A stretch of 64,000 nucleotides of DNA from Phoronis australis (taxonomy: Eukaryota; Animalia; Phoronida): positions 103,025 through 167,024 of the forward strand of contig NMRA01000725.1 of assembly GCA_002633005.1 (NCBI GenBank), in the 5' to 3' direction. Both the position numbers and the translations under genes were made by a program. The notes under the pieces were generated by a model. It searched no databases. It saw only the letters and a list, made by a program, of their open reading frames with translations, and was not told where the DNA came from. Shown piece by piece: positions 35,089 through 50,000 of this stretch (positions are counted from its first letter, which is position 1; every line of letters begins with the position of its first letter).

Positions 35089-38000
35089 CTGAAATTAAAG
35101 GAAGTAGAAGTTTGCTTTCATTACCAAAAGCGTGCGCAGCCACGCACACACTCCGTAAGACGCAGAACAGAAATTTGTATGCCAAAGCTTGAAGCAGAAC
35201 AATTCAAGCGTCACTAAGTTTAAAGTCGTTTCATAAACAAAGGGCTCATCTCACAGCCATGGGCGGTGAACCTACTTTTTTCAGTGTTGCGCCGCCCATG
35301 TCACACCCGTGATTATGTTAACAGTATCAATTACACAATAAGCACGCAGTGAAGGCGAAATTGTAAAATTTCCAGGAAATAATAACTGCTCGGAAAAAGA
35401 ACGCCAAATTATGAAATAGAAACAAATTTCTAAGAAAAGACGTACAACTCGTAAAAGTTGATGGGAACGCCTGCGTGGACCGTGAGAGAGGAGTGTTGTC
35501 AACCGTGACTGTTTGCATTTGCCGGTCATTTCAGCAGGAACAGGGATACAGACCTACAACTCCCTGCCGTGAACGACTACATTTATTTTTTACAACCAGG
35601 CTAAGCTAACGTGGAAATCCAGACAATGAACGTCTGACCTCAGGAACAAGCTTTCTTGCAAACTCCTACCATCGTTTTTACTGTAGTTATTGTGTTTAGA
35701 ATCGTACATAATGGCACAACAAAAGCATATCGGTACAAATAGAAATAAAATAAATACAGCTGCACTCGGTTAATGACGCTTAAAACTAATCGTTAACACC
35801 TTTTTTGAAAACACGGGCTTTGGAGACGAAAAAGTGGCCATGCTTTGTAAGTCTCTCTTCGTCGGTCCCGAGGAACACGATGCGCAAACATCAGGGCTAC
35901 TCGTGTATTTGACGTTGAAAATCAGGATGGCGACAAACCTATTTCAAAATCCCGAAGTTATCCGCTAACATACGCCCATTTGGCAAAATTAAAGCAATTT
36001 TTAAGATATTCCATCAAGGCACATATTTCTGAAAGTCTGGCATAAATGAATTCTTAAAAATGCTTTCAGCCTGAACAAAACTGATACCAAAACAGCAATA
36101 GCAAATTCGCTACTTGGAGATTACCATAATTCCACCAAACAACTCAATGCATGTGCTTCAGGTCGGTAATCGACAGATGCGCAGATTTTGTGATATGTCC
36201 GGGGTTGCGTTCCGTATACCCAAGACACTCGTAATGCATTTAAGGAGAAAAATCTCGACATAAGAAAAGGAAGCAGTGATTTATATTACACTCTCAAAAC
36301 GTTCGTCTTTCGCTTTAAGCATGATTCTGTGAGTTATTGCTTTTTGACGTCTGTGAAACAAACCTTGGTCTATATACGGCACAGTCCATGTGCCTGGACA
36401 AATATTTGAATTTAACTTTTGGTTCCTAAAATGTCTTGTTTGCAAAAATCTCTGGTAATGAGGCATAAGGAACACCCACGCTGTTTTTGAAGCGCTGCCT
36501 CACATTGTGAAACAGAGAATACCCAGTAATTTCTGACATGCCATTTGGCAGTAACTCAACACATGCAAAGCAACATGAATTTTGGTCAAGGTGCAGCGCA
36601 CGATGCAGGCCAAAAATAATAAAACCTCACCTTCGAGGGAGGGGATATTTTAGGCTACAAAAATACCCAAGTTTTTCCGGATGGTAAGATAGTCAAGCTA
36701 TTTCTCATTAACTACACTCACAACAAGGATACGCAAATTCTAATGCACGCAGTCTAGATTCACGCGTGAACAAAATCACAACGGATTCTGGAAGCAGCGT
36801 TTTACGTGAACAGGGTGAAATGCCACATTTAAACTTGATTAAATGAACCAACTTAGCAAATTGTAGACAAAAATGATTATCGGCATACAATGAGGAGACA
36901 AATTTTTATAACTAAACTAACTGCGTTCCTGAATTTCTCATTCTCATTTACATGATTGATGCAAATGATAATACAGGGCTTAGAGAAGTAAAGAAAGGGA
37001 ATGATAACTTGGACAAACCAGTCAGAAGATAAGAATGAAGGAGAATTGATATTACGCAGCACAGACGAGAAGCCTTTTCAGTGGAAAGAACTGGTTTCCC
37101 GGAGGGCACTAGCAGAAATACACGCACACAGATCGTTAAGACTAAACTAAAAATATACAACACTACATTTAAAAATAGAATACATTTATATACATACATG
37201 TCTCCATATCTTCCTGATGTGACCTATATACATGTATGTACGTAGCTCCCGTTTGCTATTAGCTCACCTGGTGGCACTTGTGACATGCCCAGACGAATGA
37301 CACTTCAGCCGCTTCTGGTGGGACGTCGTTTCCGGCAGCTTTGAAATCCTCCATAGCTTGACGGTACCATTTTTGCGCTAACGTAGGCTGGGGATTTGGG
37401 AGTGTTGGACTGCAACTGAAAAAACACAGGGTGTTTTCAGTACCACCGGATGATATATAACTCTGTTTCCAACGTCTTCTTCTCTCGGAGTACACATTTA
37501 CTAAACTCCGAGTTCTTTGTCGTCTGTAGGACGCAGCGGGCGCACTCTGGTTTTGAGCCTGTTCATACCCGGCCACAGTGGTTTCGAGATGATGAAAAAT
37601 TTCAGGGAACACCCTTGTGTTGTCTTCGCTCCTAGCCGGGTACCAGAGCATGAAGAGTCGTTCCAAAATTCTTTCTCTGTCATCGTCTCCCATGTCCCAT
37701 GCTTCTTGTATTTGATTATCAATTTCTTGCATAGCGGCTTCACTGTCAAAGAAACTGTCTTCAGGGTCCCCGTTCCCCGAAATGGGATGCCAGAACTTGT
37801 AAAGATCAGAACCATAAACTTCGACTTCTTCGTCTCCAACACTTATCACGTAGCGTCTTATAACGGTTACTGGATTCTCTGTGCAGTCTCTGAGAATCTT
37901 GGCTATGACATACTCTGGTTCACCAGCTTCAGTCCGCCTACCGGTATCATAGCCAACCAATTCATTGAGTTCAAACTTCAGAAACTCTTGAGTTAGTATA

Positions 38001-41000
38001 TGATTCAAAGCTACAGGAATCTTATACCCAGGACGCACCTCAGTTTTTTCGAGGGGAAGTCTTTGAACGTCATCTTGGTCAAGAAGGGAATCAAAATCGC
38101 GAGGTGAGTTGTCAAGATTTAACAGATCTAACAGTAGAAACGTGTTAGAACCGAATTCACATTCTGAATCCTGGGACACGTGCTTTGCTAACGACCTATA
38201 CACATCGGATGCCGTTGCACTTGACTGAATATAAACCTTCCAGAAACATCGCTCGTCACGAATGACTGAGACGCCTTTGGTATAATTCTTTCTCTCACAC
38301 AATGTAATACCCTCCGCGTCTATGTAAAATTCCTTCACTCTTTCAGTTTCAAAAACTTCGACTCCACCAAATTGCTTTTGTACTGTTTCTAAGATACCAC
38401 TTGGATTCTGGTTCTTCACTGTTTTGCTGTGAAACACAAGTCTAGCGACAGCACGACAAAACAAGTCACAAGTAAGTCGCTCGTACATGGCTTTGACTAA
38501 GGTATTGTTTGAGTGGTCATGACTTACATTACCCTCTGTAACCGTTTGCACATGTATAACTTCCGACAACATAAACGGACGATACTGTTCCGGAAGAATT
38601 GATATCTTTCGCTTGAATACAGGATATGACTGGACGGTCAGTAGATAGCAGGAAAAATTGCCTTTAACATCTTCGTACATCCTATCGTGGTCGATGAAGA
38701 CACATTTGTTGGAAGAAATCATACTCCCGTCCCGAGTTGGTAAATAAAGACCTCTGCTGAAACTTGCATCCTTAATGGCCTCGTCAGAACAACGTAACAA
38801 GGCTAGAAAAGCTTTCCTCGCCTTTTCGTGTTCTTCCGAGTGAGGTTTATTTCCATCAGCTTTTTTCATGATATCATAAAGCACGCCTCCAAGAACATCC
38901 ACGTTAAGCTCTTGACTTGCTCCCAATTTCAGAAAAAGGTCACGAAATGGAGCAATGTCATGAGGCAACTTAAATACATAGGGTTCAATTTGCTGCTCGA
39001 GAGTGATATTTTCAACCAATTGTTTTGCAAATACGAACATATTGCTTTCGCTTATAAGTACCAAAGGTGTCTCTCGAAGAATATCTTGCTCAGGTACGCT
39101 CAACTCATTACGACTCAAAAACGAGTAAATGGCTCCCATAACCTCTAAAATAAAGGTACGTGGCTTTGGCTTCTGAAAAGAGGTACATAGATTAGAGCAA
39201 TGCTCAATAACATGGGTCGTTGATGGTTGTAGAATAACACCCAACGATTTAGCAAGACTGGCACCTAATTCGCTTCGTATAAGTTTTGCAGAGCTCCAAC
39301 AAAGCTTTACGTTTTCAAGAGAGCCAAGAACTGCTCCATTAGCTGATACAAATTTGTCTTCACTGTAGTGGCCATGAAGTTTGGTAATTTCATCATCCAC
39401 TTCTGCTCGTTCAATAAAGGCTATGTCTTTCACCTTATTGAGACCTCGCGTATGTCTTTCATGCTCTTCCAGAAGATAAGCGATCAGTAATCTGGACTTG
39501 TCGCATTTGACTTCATTCATTTGTTCACTATCAAGTCCTGCAACCTGCTCAGCAAACTGTAGCAACTGGTCGTCTGAAAACCGTTGCTGTAAACCTAGAT
39601 TCTTTAAGAATGAATGCCACGCATTTTCCTTGAATGGTGCCGGCGGGAAATATCGCTCATCCAACATTTTGGAGAAGATGTCATCCTTCCAATCAAAGAA
39701 TTCACAAGTTTTTTTTAGTTTCCTTTCTTTGCACTTCATGAACGCCACATTTCTTAGACAGGCAAAAAACAATCTTCTCTTTTGCTGATCTCTCATGCAT
39801 GGGACGACGACTTCTTTTATGAAAGTTATATGTTCAAGCCTCCCATTGTCTGACATTCTGCCAAAGTGATGAAGTATGTACCGAGTATACACATCCCCAA
39901 GACCAATTTCTTCGATTTCAAGGTATTCCATAACATTTCTGTCGAGTTTACTGTCTAGAAACACTATCCTATTATCCCTCCACACCCACGCATCTGTTGA
40001 TGGTACGTTACATTCAAGCACAACGGCGTGCTTGTCTTTGAGACTGACCAGAGATCCTGTGTTTGTGCAGAAAAAGGGTAGACGTTTTATTCTCCCTAAA
40101 ACTCTGGCACTTTTTTCAACGCTACAAAAATATTGAAGAAGGGCAGTGCTTTCAAATTTTCCCAAGATATTTTGAATGGAAAAATGCTCTTGTCGTAATT
40201 CAATGGCGCGTAATATGTCCAATGGTTGGTCTAAACTGCTAACAAGCGTAGAAAGGACGCTATAGTCGATTCCCGCACCAGTGACAAGAATTGGCACGCC
40301 TAATAATCTCAGGTGGTCAACAACTGGACGTGCTAGTAATGTGTCATTGTCAATGACAACACTTTTACTTCTTTCAGTTTGAACCAAAACAAATTCGTTC
40401 TTACTGTTGCAAGCTGGAATGAGGCACAACTTTGCCACAGGATCAAAGAAGCGCGAATGGTCTTTTTCAGTCATCTCATTAACGAGAGACCAAAATAGTT
40501 TGATTAGTGACCATCCCGTTTCAGTCAACGCCACTTCGGCTTCACCTGCAAATTCGTTAGGCATCATGTGTGAGAGGTGCTGAAGTGAAAGGTCTTTGAA
40601 TACCGGTACTTGGAGAAATTGGGAAGGCGGCCAAAATACTTCACTCACCAGTTCTCGGTGAACGAATTTTTCATGATGGTCCTCCGTTGCTAAAGAAGAG
40701 TACGAAGTCAGATACTTCGGGTTGTGGACTGAAAACTTCTGTAATTCCCGTGATTCGGTGAATAACAATTTGGTGCCTTCCAGTCTCTTGTCAAAGGCTT
40801 CCTTCTCAAATTCCTTGCAGTACTTAAGAATTTCAATTACCTCTCCAGGAGTCAGTTCTGATTCGTTGGACAGCAAAGGGCTCTTGAAGAAGTCCATTAT
40901 GGTTTCAGGGGTTGACATTCGAATTGCAACGGCACTTGTTTGGAATTCTTCAGCCAGCCTAGAGAATGGGAGCCATACAAGGCTAAGTCCACATCTGACA

Positions 41001-44000
41001 AGTAGAGTGGCGAGGTTCTGATGCCCTTTTCTTTCAGATTCTGGTGCTGGCAAAGTGGTTGTATTTGTTCCCAGGTTATCAAAAACAGCACCATTCACAC
41101 CTTTATCACCAGCTGGTAGCCATGTCACTGAACAGGTGTCTTGACAGTTGTGAGGACAAAATAAAACTGGTAGCACATGAACTTTTTTCAGGCTTAGGAT
41201 GCTGTAAAAGCTTCGGACAATAGTGTTGGCGAAGCCAGATTTGCCTCTGGTTTTAGGAAACACGCTAAGATATGTGATTAAGCTATCTTTTGTCAAACAA
41301 ACATAGCGCTTCTTGTATTCTGCTACCAGCCGCACGTAGGCATGAGCAACGACGTGGCGTTTCAAAAGATTGTTCCATTCAGTCTTGATGTCTCCATCTG
41401 CACATTCCCAAACATTCCGCCTAGCTTCGTGATCTAATGCAAAGTGTCCATTAACATGGACAGGCAAATGCGTTTCCTGAGGCAACGGAAGAAAACAGAA
41501 AACATTATGTCGGTACATCTGTCTGGAGGCCGATAACTCATACGCAACACCAGCTCGAGGAAGAAGTTGTAACTCGTTTCGAGAAATAGCGTTGCATATA
41601 CCCAAAGGTTTGTGTTCGCAGTCTTCAAATCCGAACTTTTGAACAACGAGCCACCTTTGGCTAAGACCTATCGAATCATGTATCGATATCTCGTATGCAA
41701 CTTCCTGTGATTGGACAGCCCAAATGTCAAAGCAACATGGTGCTCTCGTATAATCATTAAACTTGTTTAAGTCTTCCATTTCGTGGCTTTTTTCAATATT
41801 TGCTGTAACCGTGAAAGGAACAACTTTCGACCTGTGTTTTGTAATCTCACACAGATTTATTTTTCTGACGTTGTTCAGAAAAAGCAAGCATGTCCGAGCT
41901 ACTTTCTGAAACGCTTTCAGCATGCTTCGAACGTTTGAAACACTAGTGCAGTCTGTCTTGATTTCAGATGTTTTCGCTATTTTGTCGCTTCTCAAAGGAA
42001 ATCGGAAAAGAGTGCCATCATCAACCGAGAGCCCGATTTTGCGAAGTACACTGTCGTAGCATTCAGTAACAGATGAAAACGTGTTTCTTAACTTCTCCAC
42101 GTCTTCATAGCACCTTCCTGGATATTCCGGGGTGGCTTCAGGAACATATTTACAATGAGGATCGAACACAAACAACCTCTCGCCTTTACCGGAAAGGTTG
42201 GTAAGAAATGAGGGAGTATCCGTAAGGTGATACACTGTATTAAAGCCGACCCCGTATTGGCCTGTTTTGGTGGGGTCAATCTCCTTGCTTCCCTTCCCCA
42301 GATGTCTAATCCCCTGCACATCTTCTTCAGTGAACGGTTTGTTATTGTAAACACACAAAGCTGGACCCTGCAATGGTTCCCAACTGTCCTCGAATATTCG
42401 GTCAATCGGATGCTGACGACTGTCAAGACAAAAGTAAACCTCAGTTGCCTGCGCATCGTCTGCATTTTGCAACAATTCCTTCAATACGTCGACCTGGGAA
42501 GGATACCCTTCAAGAATTCTTCGAATTCTGTTGGTAAGTTTTTCTTCTTGACCAAATTTTATTCCAATCGATGCGTTTTCCAGTACTTTTCTGCGTTTTG
42601 TCTGTACTCCTAAAACACGTGCCACGGGATACGGTATGTAATTATATACAAATGGCATTTTGGTATCAGCTATCCAAGAGCAATCATCGAAACACAGAGT
42701 GGATGACAGCTGTAAGACTTTCTCCGATTCATTTGGCAAATATACATCGAAATCAAGCGATTGGTCTTCCATGGAATCAGCTATACGTACTGCAACGTCT
42801 CTCGTAAGACGTAGAGAATCTGAACGCAACGAATTATTCCCGTACAATATTTTCATATCAGAAAGAACTTTGCAGTATTGTTGAACACCGAACCTTTGGG
42901 CAACACCCATTGCTTCTAAAAGCTTGCGAAAATCTCGGGTCATCTCAGCCGGAACTTGGTAGAGGAAAGGTGGAAAACCTTCGGAAAAAGAGACTTCAAG
43001 TGGTGTTACAAACTTGTTTCTGTCAGCGATGAGAATGACCCTAATTTCTTTAAACATATTTAGATGTTGCCGTTTCATTGTATTGCATTCAAGCCCTCTT
43101 TGTAAACACGAGTAAATACCTTGAGTTACCCGACACAAACCTGGCGACTCTTCTGGGCTACTTTTGTCCATTGCATCAACCACGTTATAAAGGTTTTGAG
43201 TAACGACGTCAAGTGAAAGGTCAGCATTCGACATTACAGGAATCATCTCGACACTTGCAATTTCCGCCACGGTTCCCACGAGGTTATCCGTCGATACGTG
43301 ATATAACAACGACGGTTTCTGAAACGTATTGCATTTTCCATGCCATTTCAGAGACACGGGGTATTCACTTGGCCTCGTTTTTACAGGGATCCAAGAGATA
43401 TTTTCTAACCCTTGTCTCAAAGTAGCAGTCCCGTCAACTCGTTCAGTTAGAAATTGAGGTCTGGTACGCAGGAATTGGAGAATTTCGTACGCCTTTTTAA
43501 CGCCTGTTTGGTAGGGTAGCCTGTCTATTAACTGCGAAGCTTGGAGTATTTCTTGTGGCTGCACGTCTTTTAAAGTCTTTAACCCAAGCTTGCGTAATTG
43601 TGGTAAAACATCATCCAAAGCACAAGCACCCCGAAGAAAGACTGGTTGACCATAGAAAAGACGTTGAAGTGTCTGATCCTCCGGGTCAAACAATGTTGTG
43701 AGCTTCACAAGCTTTCCATCACTGCGAAGAAACAGATTATATTCCTTCATACATTTCCGCAGATTAGACTTGGTGTTCACCAGCTGCATATGATTTTTCA
43801 TGACGTAAATTACAAGATCTTCGACTTCTCTTACAGAGTACTCGGAGATACAAGGGAAGACGCTGTTTATGAGTAGATCCGTCACGGTAACCTCTTTTAC
43901 TTCTAATAAAAGGCAAAAGTAGTTCGTTCTTTCATTTTCAGGTAGGATCATTGGCTTTGGGAATCTGAATGGGGCCTCCTTAATAGGTGACATTGTTTCA

Positions 44001-47000
44001 ATTTCTTGAACTGAATGAAGCCTATCTTCACAGACACTAAGTGTACATGGTGTCACCTTAAACATCGGCAAAGATCTCAGCAATTCGCGATACACACTGA
44101 TCGTATGGGCATCGGATTTCTCGACCTCAGAGCGAAATTCGAATACCAAGTGGCGAGAAGCTACTTTCATCCGTTCTATAACATCACTTCTCTTGAGGAA
44201 TGACAGAGCACGTAACAACCCAGAAACTGATGGGGGATTTACATATGTGTGTATCATCTGGTGCCGTTTTACAAAAGGGAACAACCCATCAACAACAATA
44301 ACACCCAGATTCCCTACGAAACTGAATGCGGAGTCGCGGACAGTGCTCTCTTTCGTATTCTTGTAAATAATTGGGCTCTCCTTGACCAGTCTCTTAAGAT
44401 ACATAAACCCATCACAAGTTTGCAATGGCAGGACAAACAGTTTTTCTATACTACAAAGATCTGTTGGGAACATTTTCACCAGATAGTTCCACACAGTTTC
44501 TGTCCAACCCAGTGTGAGAAATCTCTCTTTCTGGGGAATCCAGCGCCGCATGTCTACAGCCACAGGCTCAGATGCTACTAGAGTCAGCAGCTCCACGGCG
44601 TGATTCTTTGTCATCAGCGTTAAGTTGGTTTTGCCTGAAATAATAAAAAAGGAAATTTGGCCAAATACGTATGGCTGCTGGTACATTGTCAAGTGAATTT
44701 GTCGGGGGCAAATGCCTTGTAGAGTATTGGGCACTGCGTATGAAGCTGCCACCTTTTTTCTGTAGCTAGTACTTTGCTACTGCATTATGGGATAGTTTTG
44801 TAGTCGTCCATCTTGAAAAAACTTGAGTTGTTTGTACCTTGGGGTTCTATTTTGCACCCAATATATTACATACCTTCATAGCAATTCAACATAATTATCC
44901 ATAAAAATTAAGAAGCTTAATAAAAGCAAAATTCCTTTTATTCATAACCCATTCCCTTTACTTAGTTTAAAAGCACATAATCCGTTTTATGGGCAAAAAG
45001 GCATTTTGGGGATAATTGTTGGATTGGATGTATTTCGTGAAGTAATTAGCTCTGGGCAGAGCTTTAACATACCATGATCCGCTTATGTGGTTTTATATTT
45101 ATTACAAATTGCCAATTCTCGCCGTTGTTTGCCAGTAATTTCTTGAACTCAAGGCTGGCAACTGTGCCAGTTAATACGCTTAAAATTCAATTCTCGCAGC
45201 ACGGCGTTGAACACCGACCGCTGAGGTTGTGAGTTCGATTCCGTACTGAGGCTGGCCTCATAAACCATTTCTCAGACCGACAATAACACTTTCATTGTCA
45301 TGTACCTTTGTCGATATTCCTGTTTTGATTTTATTCTTTTAAATTAAATCCTTGCCTTACCCGATTTTGCAATCCTATGAAGAAGGTGTAGCCCACTTGA
45401 GTCCACGCATTGAGTGGCAAGTCGGTATTCAAGTCCTGGAAACAGTGTCGCCGGGTGATTGCTGTTTGTAATGTAAATCTTGTGTCGTTCACTGTGTTGG
45501 CTTTGAAATCTCGTGAATTGCTTACTTGCCAACGGCAACAACCTGAGACCGACAATTTCATCATAATTCCCGTCTTCAACTGCATAGCACAAGACCTCCA
45601 TACAATGAGTTTCATTTCTTGGAAACTGTTTAACTGTGTTTTGAATATCCTGTATTGTTTTTCTAAAACAACAAGGAGTGACGACCGTTTTCTTGAATCT
45701 TTCCAGGGCAAACTTAACATGTTCTGGAACGCAAACGACCGGTTTGCCAGCTTTCAGTAATATGGTGTTGATTACAATCGGATTGTGAGCATCAGAAAGG
45801 AAGCTGAACAATGCTTCATCAAGTGTTACGTGTCGACCGCCTCCTTGATTGGTGTATAGGAGAGGCATAGTCGTAACATAATCCAGAAATTTATGCACCA
45901 TTGGTACCCACTTGCTGTGTACAACTTCCAAGTTTGGAATTGCCTGATATATGAGGTTTTGTGGAATATTGAGCCTTGTTCCTTCCAAGATGAGCTGTGC
46001 GTAAGCCAGAGGTACAGCCTCTTCTAGCATTGCTTGATTCCAAAGTAAACTCCTATCGGTCAACTCAGCACCCAGTTGCTCAGCATCAGGCCACTTTAAG
46101 TGACGCCGATTCTGATCGATGGCGAAGAAGCCGTTTATGTGGATAGGCAGACCAGTCTGACTTTTTTGCTCCACTGGGAGTGGTAAAAAACAGAACACGT
46201 GTCCTTGAGGGTGTTGAGGCTGAAAGGAGCCGTCCAGAGACATTGCAACAGCTACCCAGGGAAGATAGTACAAAATCTTTTCTTCAAACATTTGTTTTAA
46301 TTTAGGCAGACGATCACCGCCGGCGAAAGCACTTGTGACTAGCCATCGGTGCCATGTTCTTGTCGATGTGGTGTCTTCTGAATAAATTGCCTTTTCTTGG
46401 CTAAAGCAAACAGAATCATTCAACCATGATTTGGGATCAACTGTTGCCAGAAATGATTGCATATTCTCTCTAACACTTGTGGAATTTTCAGATAGTGCCA
46501 CTTTGAAAAACATCTTCGGTTGCTGGTCGCGAGACTCGCGTATATACAACTCTATTGACTCTAATGACGAGAGGAAGAGCAAGCACATGTAAGAGTACTG
46601 CTTGAACTGCTCAAACAGAAGTTTCACCTTATCTAAAGGATATTCATCGGGGCATAGTTCTGACTTGTTTCTGGATATCCTCAACGGGAATCTGAATAAA
46701 GTGCCGGGATAGTAATTTTCCGCAAGCTGCGTTTGATTGAAAATGAGGCATAGGTTAGGGTCAGTCAATGGCCAATAAAACCCCGATATGTCATCCCCTA
46801 TGTCAGCCAGATTCCAACTAGCTCCTTTCGTGGTACGACCTGTCATGCCATCGAAAAAATACTTCTCATGCGGGTCAAGGAAGCCAATCTTGTCTCCACT
46901 GAGAATACCCGGCATATCTACAATGAAATGCAATGCAATCATATTTAAAACCGTATCAAGGATCTTTAAATCAAACGATTTCTGAATTGAAATATCTAAA

Positions 47001-50000
47001 AACAAAGGTTTGTTTGAAAAAATCAAGCTGAAGTGCCATGTGTAAACAATCGAAATACCTGTCATGTGGAATACAGATTTGAATCCCAGTCCAAACCGAC
47101 CCACTTTGATCGGGTCATCTTTCTTGAAGCTGTCATAAATGGTACGAATTCCCGTCCAGTCTTGCTCACTAAACGTGGCATCATTGAAGGCGTATAGCGC
47201 AGGACCCTAAAGTACAGATAGTGGCTATTTTAGGTTTGGTTTGTATATCCAATTCATAAAACGCACTTGTGGCGAGAAACAGACTCAGTTAGGAAGGCAC
47301 CAACCCCCCCTTTTTGCCTGCCCCCACCCTTTCACCACGCACCCGCGATGGCTGTCCCCTTGCTCGCTCGCTCGCTCCCACCCTTGATCCACTCTAAACT
47401 CCCTTCCACCAGCTCTAGCTTCCACCCTCCGTCTTTCTTTACCCTCTCCTTATCTGCCCAACTGTGCGCTCACTGGCACTTGAGATGCTTCCATAACTCA
47501 TAATTTTAAGTTACAATTGAATACGATACTCAAATATAGAATTTAATTCGTTTGAAAACACATCAAGAGAAAAACACGTTGACACAAGAATCTTTATTAG
47601 TTCACACCTATCTCGGCGTCAATATGACAATGAACATTCATGAATTGAATATATTGCATTGCTTCCCAGCGTTCGTTCTGTGACTTGCTTTACTTGTGCT
47701 ACAGTACGTGGCTACACCGGCAATTGGCACATCTCTCAATATATTTTAATGACACAAACGACATCTTGCTAATTTAAACACACTATCTACAATTCGATTT
47801 ATTCAAAAGTTCATAAAACGAATTTTATCACGGACATTCTTTCAATTTAAACATGTTTTGCTTTAGGGTTGATTTTAGAAAAACGTCGATTTGGGAGTCT
47901 CAAATCTGACAGAGCAACTGCAGGTTAGTGACTTTCATCTTCATTAATGGTTGTCCTTGCATGTTTGTGTGCTTTTCAAATACATATTCTAATTAAAATA
48001 CAAATCATTTGAATTTACAGTTGAGATCCAGTGGGGGACTTGAAGTGCGTCAAAGGGGCTATGTTCTACCAAACGACAATTTTTCTATGAAGTAGTTACA
48101 ACTGAGATTTGAAAAGTAAACATAAAACCCGTCTTTCATCCAAACGTTATTGACGCTTTCAAGTTACAGTGCGCTGTTGCACGTTAAGTCTCAGGTGGCA
48201 GATCTTCAGAGAAGGACATATTCTTGCTCGCGTTCGATGTAGGGACCGGTTCAGTAAACATGGTAATCATGAAACAGGACTGTCATGGCGTGACAGCATT
48301 CTAGTTTTGCTACACAGCTGCGTAAGCTTCGGAGGCTGTCGACGATGTAAAGGTCAAAATTAACAGCATTAGGCTGCATGACAGATTAATTAACTTGACT
48401 ACATGGTTCTCGTGACTTGCCGAGTTACGTCAATCAATTACCCCATATTGAAACCATTTGCATATACAATATATATACTGCATGCGCGTGTGTGCGTTCG
48501 TGCGTGCGTGCGTTCGTGCGTGCGTGTGTGTGTGTGCATGTGTTTGTGTTTGGTTGTGTGAGTGGGTAGGTGGGTGTTTGTGTGCACGTGTGGGTGTGTG
48601 TGCGCGCGCGCGTGTGTGTGCGTTTGTATGTATGCGTGTATGTAAACATAAGTTATCACACAGACATAGAAATACTACTGCCATCTGGGAATGTCCCAAC
48701 GAGGTCGGCAGTCGAATTGGTACACTCCCAGATTAAATAACTTTGAGATAGGATATCGCAGTGGTATTCCTATGTTTGTAGGATAACCTATTTATTCCAT
48801 ATATATGAACTTATTTGCATTACGGCAATATTTTGTTGTCATTTGCTTTGGCTTGTTGTTACATAACGTCAAATACATACACAAAACGTACCGAACGTGG
48901 CGTCCATGAAATATCCTACGAAACATTATTCCGCGTATCCACCGAGACCGCAGTTCGAGGTCGATACGCGGAATAATGTCGGTTGGGATATTATGTCATG
49001 TACGTCACTCGAGGTACCATGCGCGCACCCATCCTTCAATATGGGAGCTTGAATTCTTGACCCCCCCCCTGAGTGCACGCATGGGTACGTTTTGTATTTA
49101 TCCCATACGCACCGAATCCGTGAGTTTCTTTTGTTTTCTTTCGGCATTTTATAAATACTTCACCCTAACTGTTTGCATGGCTAATCACAACCCATGTACG
49201 TGCGCGTTATGTTGCTAACTTACTATAGTAAAAGAAAGCGGTTTATTACTTGAAAATGATAAAAAGTGTGAAAACGACAATTATCGTGCACTGAACTTGT
49301 ATCATATTTCGAAAATAAATAAATAACAAGAACATTTATAACATTGTAAAATCCACATCGTGTAGAGCTGCACTCATTCATGAAACTAGGTCATTGACCG
49401 GAGCGCGTATCCTACACGTCGTCTGCTTTCACGAAGATATTAAAAGTGCCACCGTTGGTGACAGCTCCGGCGAATATGCCTGTTTTAGTGTTGTTGCAGG
49501 TACGTTGTCGCATTTCTACGGATTCTGTAGCCTTGGTACAAAGCTGTATGCTAAATATACGACAGTCTGTAGATACAGCTAGCTGCAATTGAAAACTGAG
49601 ACAGAACTGCCGTATAATTAACATCTGTCCTGTTACGATTAAGACCTGGTTGCATGTTGAGTAGTATTTACACTGCTACAATTGTATTACTTTAAACAAT
49701 CTTCCGAAAGTTTGATGATCTAACCGGATAACGACGTCGAGTCGACATTGACCTACCTTTTGAACCTTCAATGTCAGAGGTCGCTGTTGAAGTAGTGCGG
49801 GAGGTAAATACGGAAAACATTATTACATGGCCGTAATTACCTCGACAGATTCAACGCGTTTGGGATAAATACACAAAACGTACCGAGAGTGGCGTACATG
49901 AAGTAATATTCCGCAAGACATTATTACGGGTGAGAAACAGCATGACCGCCGGTCCTCTAATTCGGACTGACCCAAAACAGGACCTCCGGGGATCAGATGG

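Noticed and set aside
44635-44752. N-terminal part of the 2497-aa ORF as a true start
   Set aside because: Lies upstream of a good acceptor; sacsin homology continues from the upstream exons.
45190-45290. SINE-like fragments here and near 51255-51310
   Set aside because: Only partial box motifs; too degraded to delimit.
48430-48736. His/Thr- and Cys/Val-rich ORFs
   Set aside because: Microsatellite translation artefacts.
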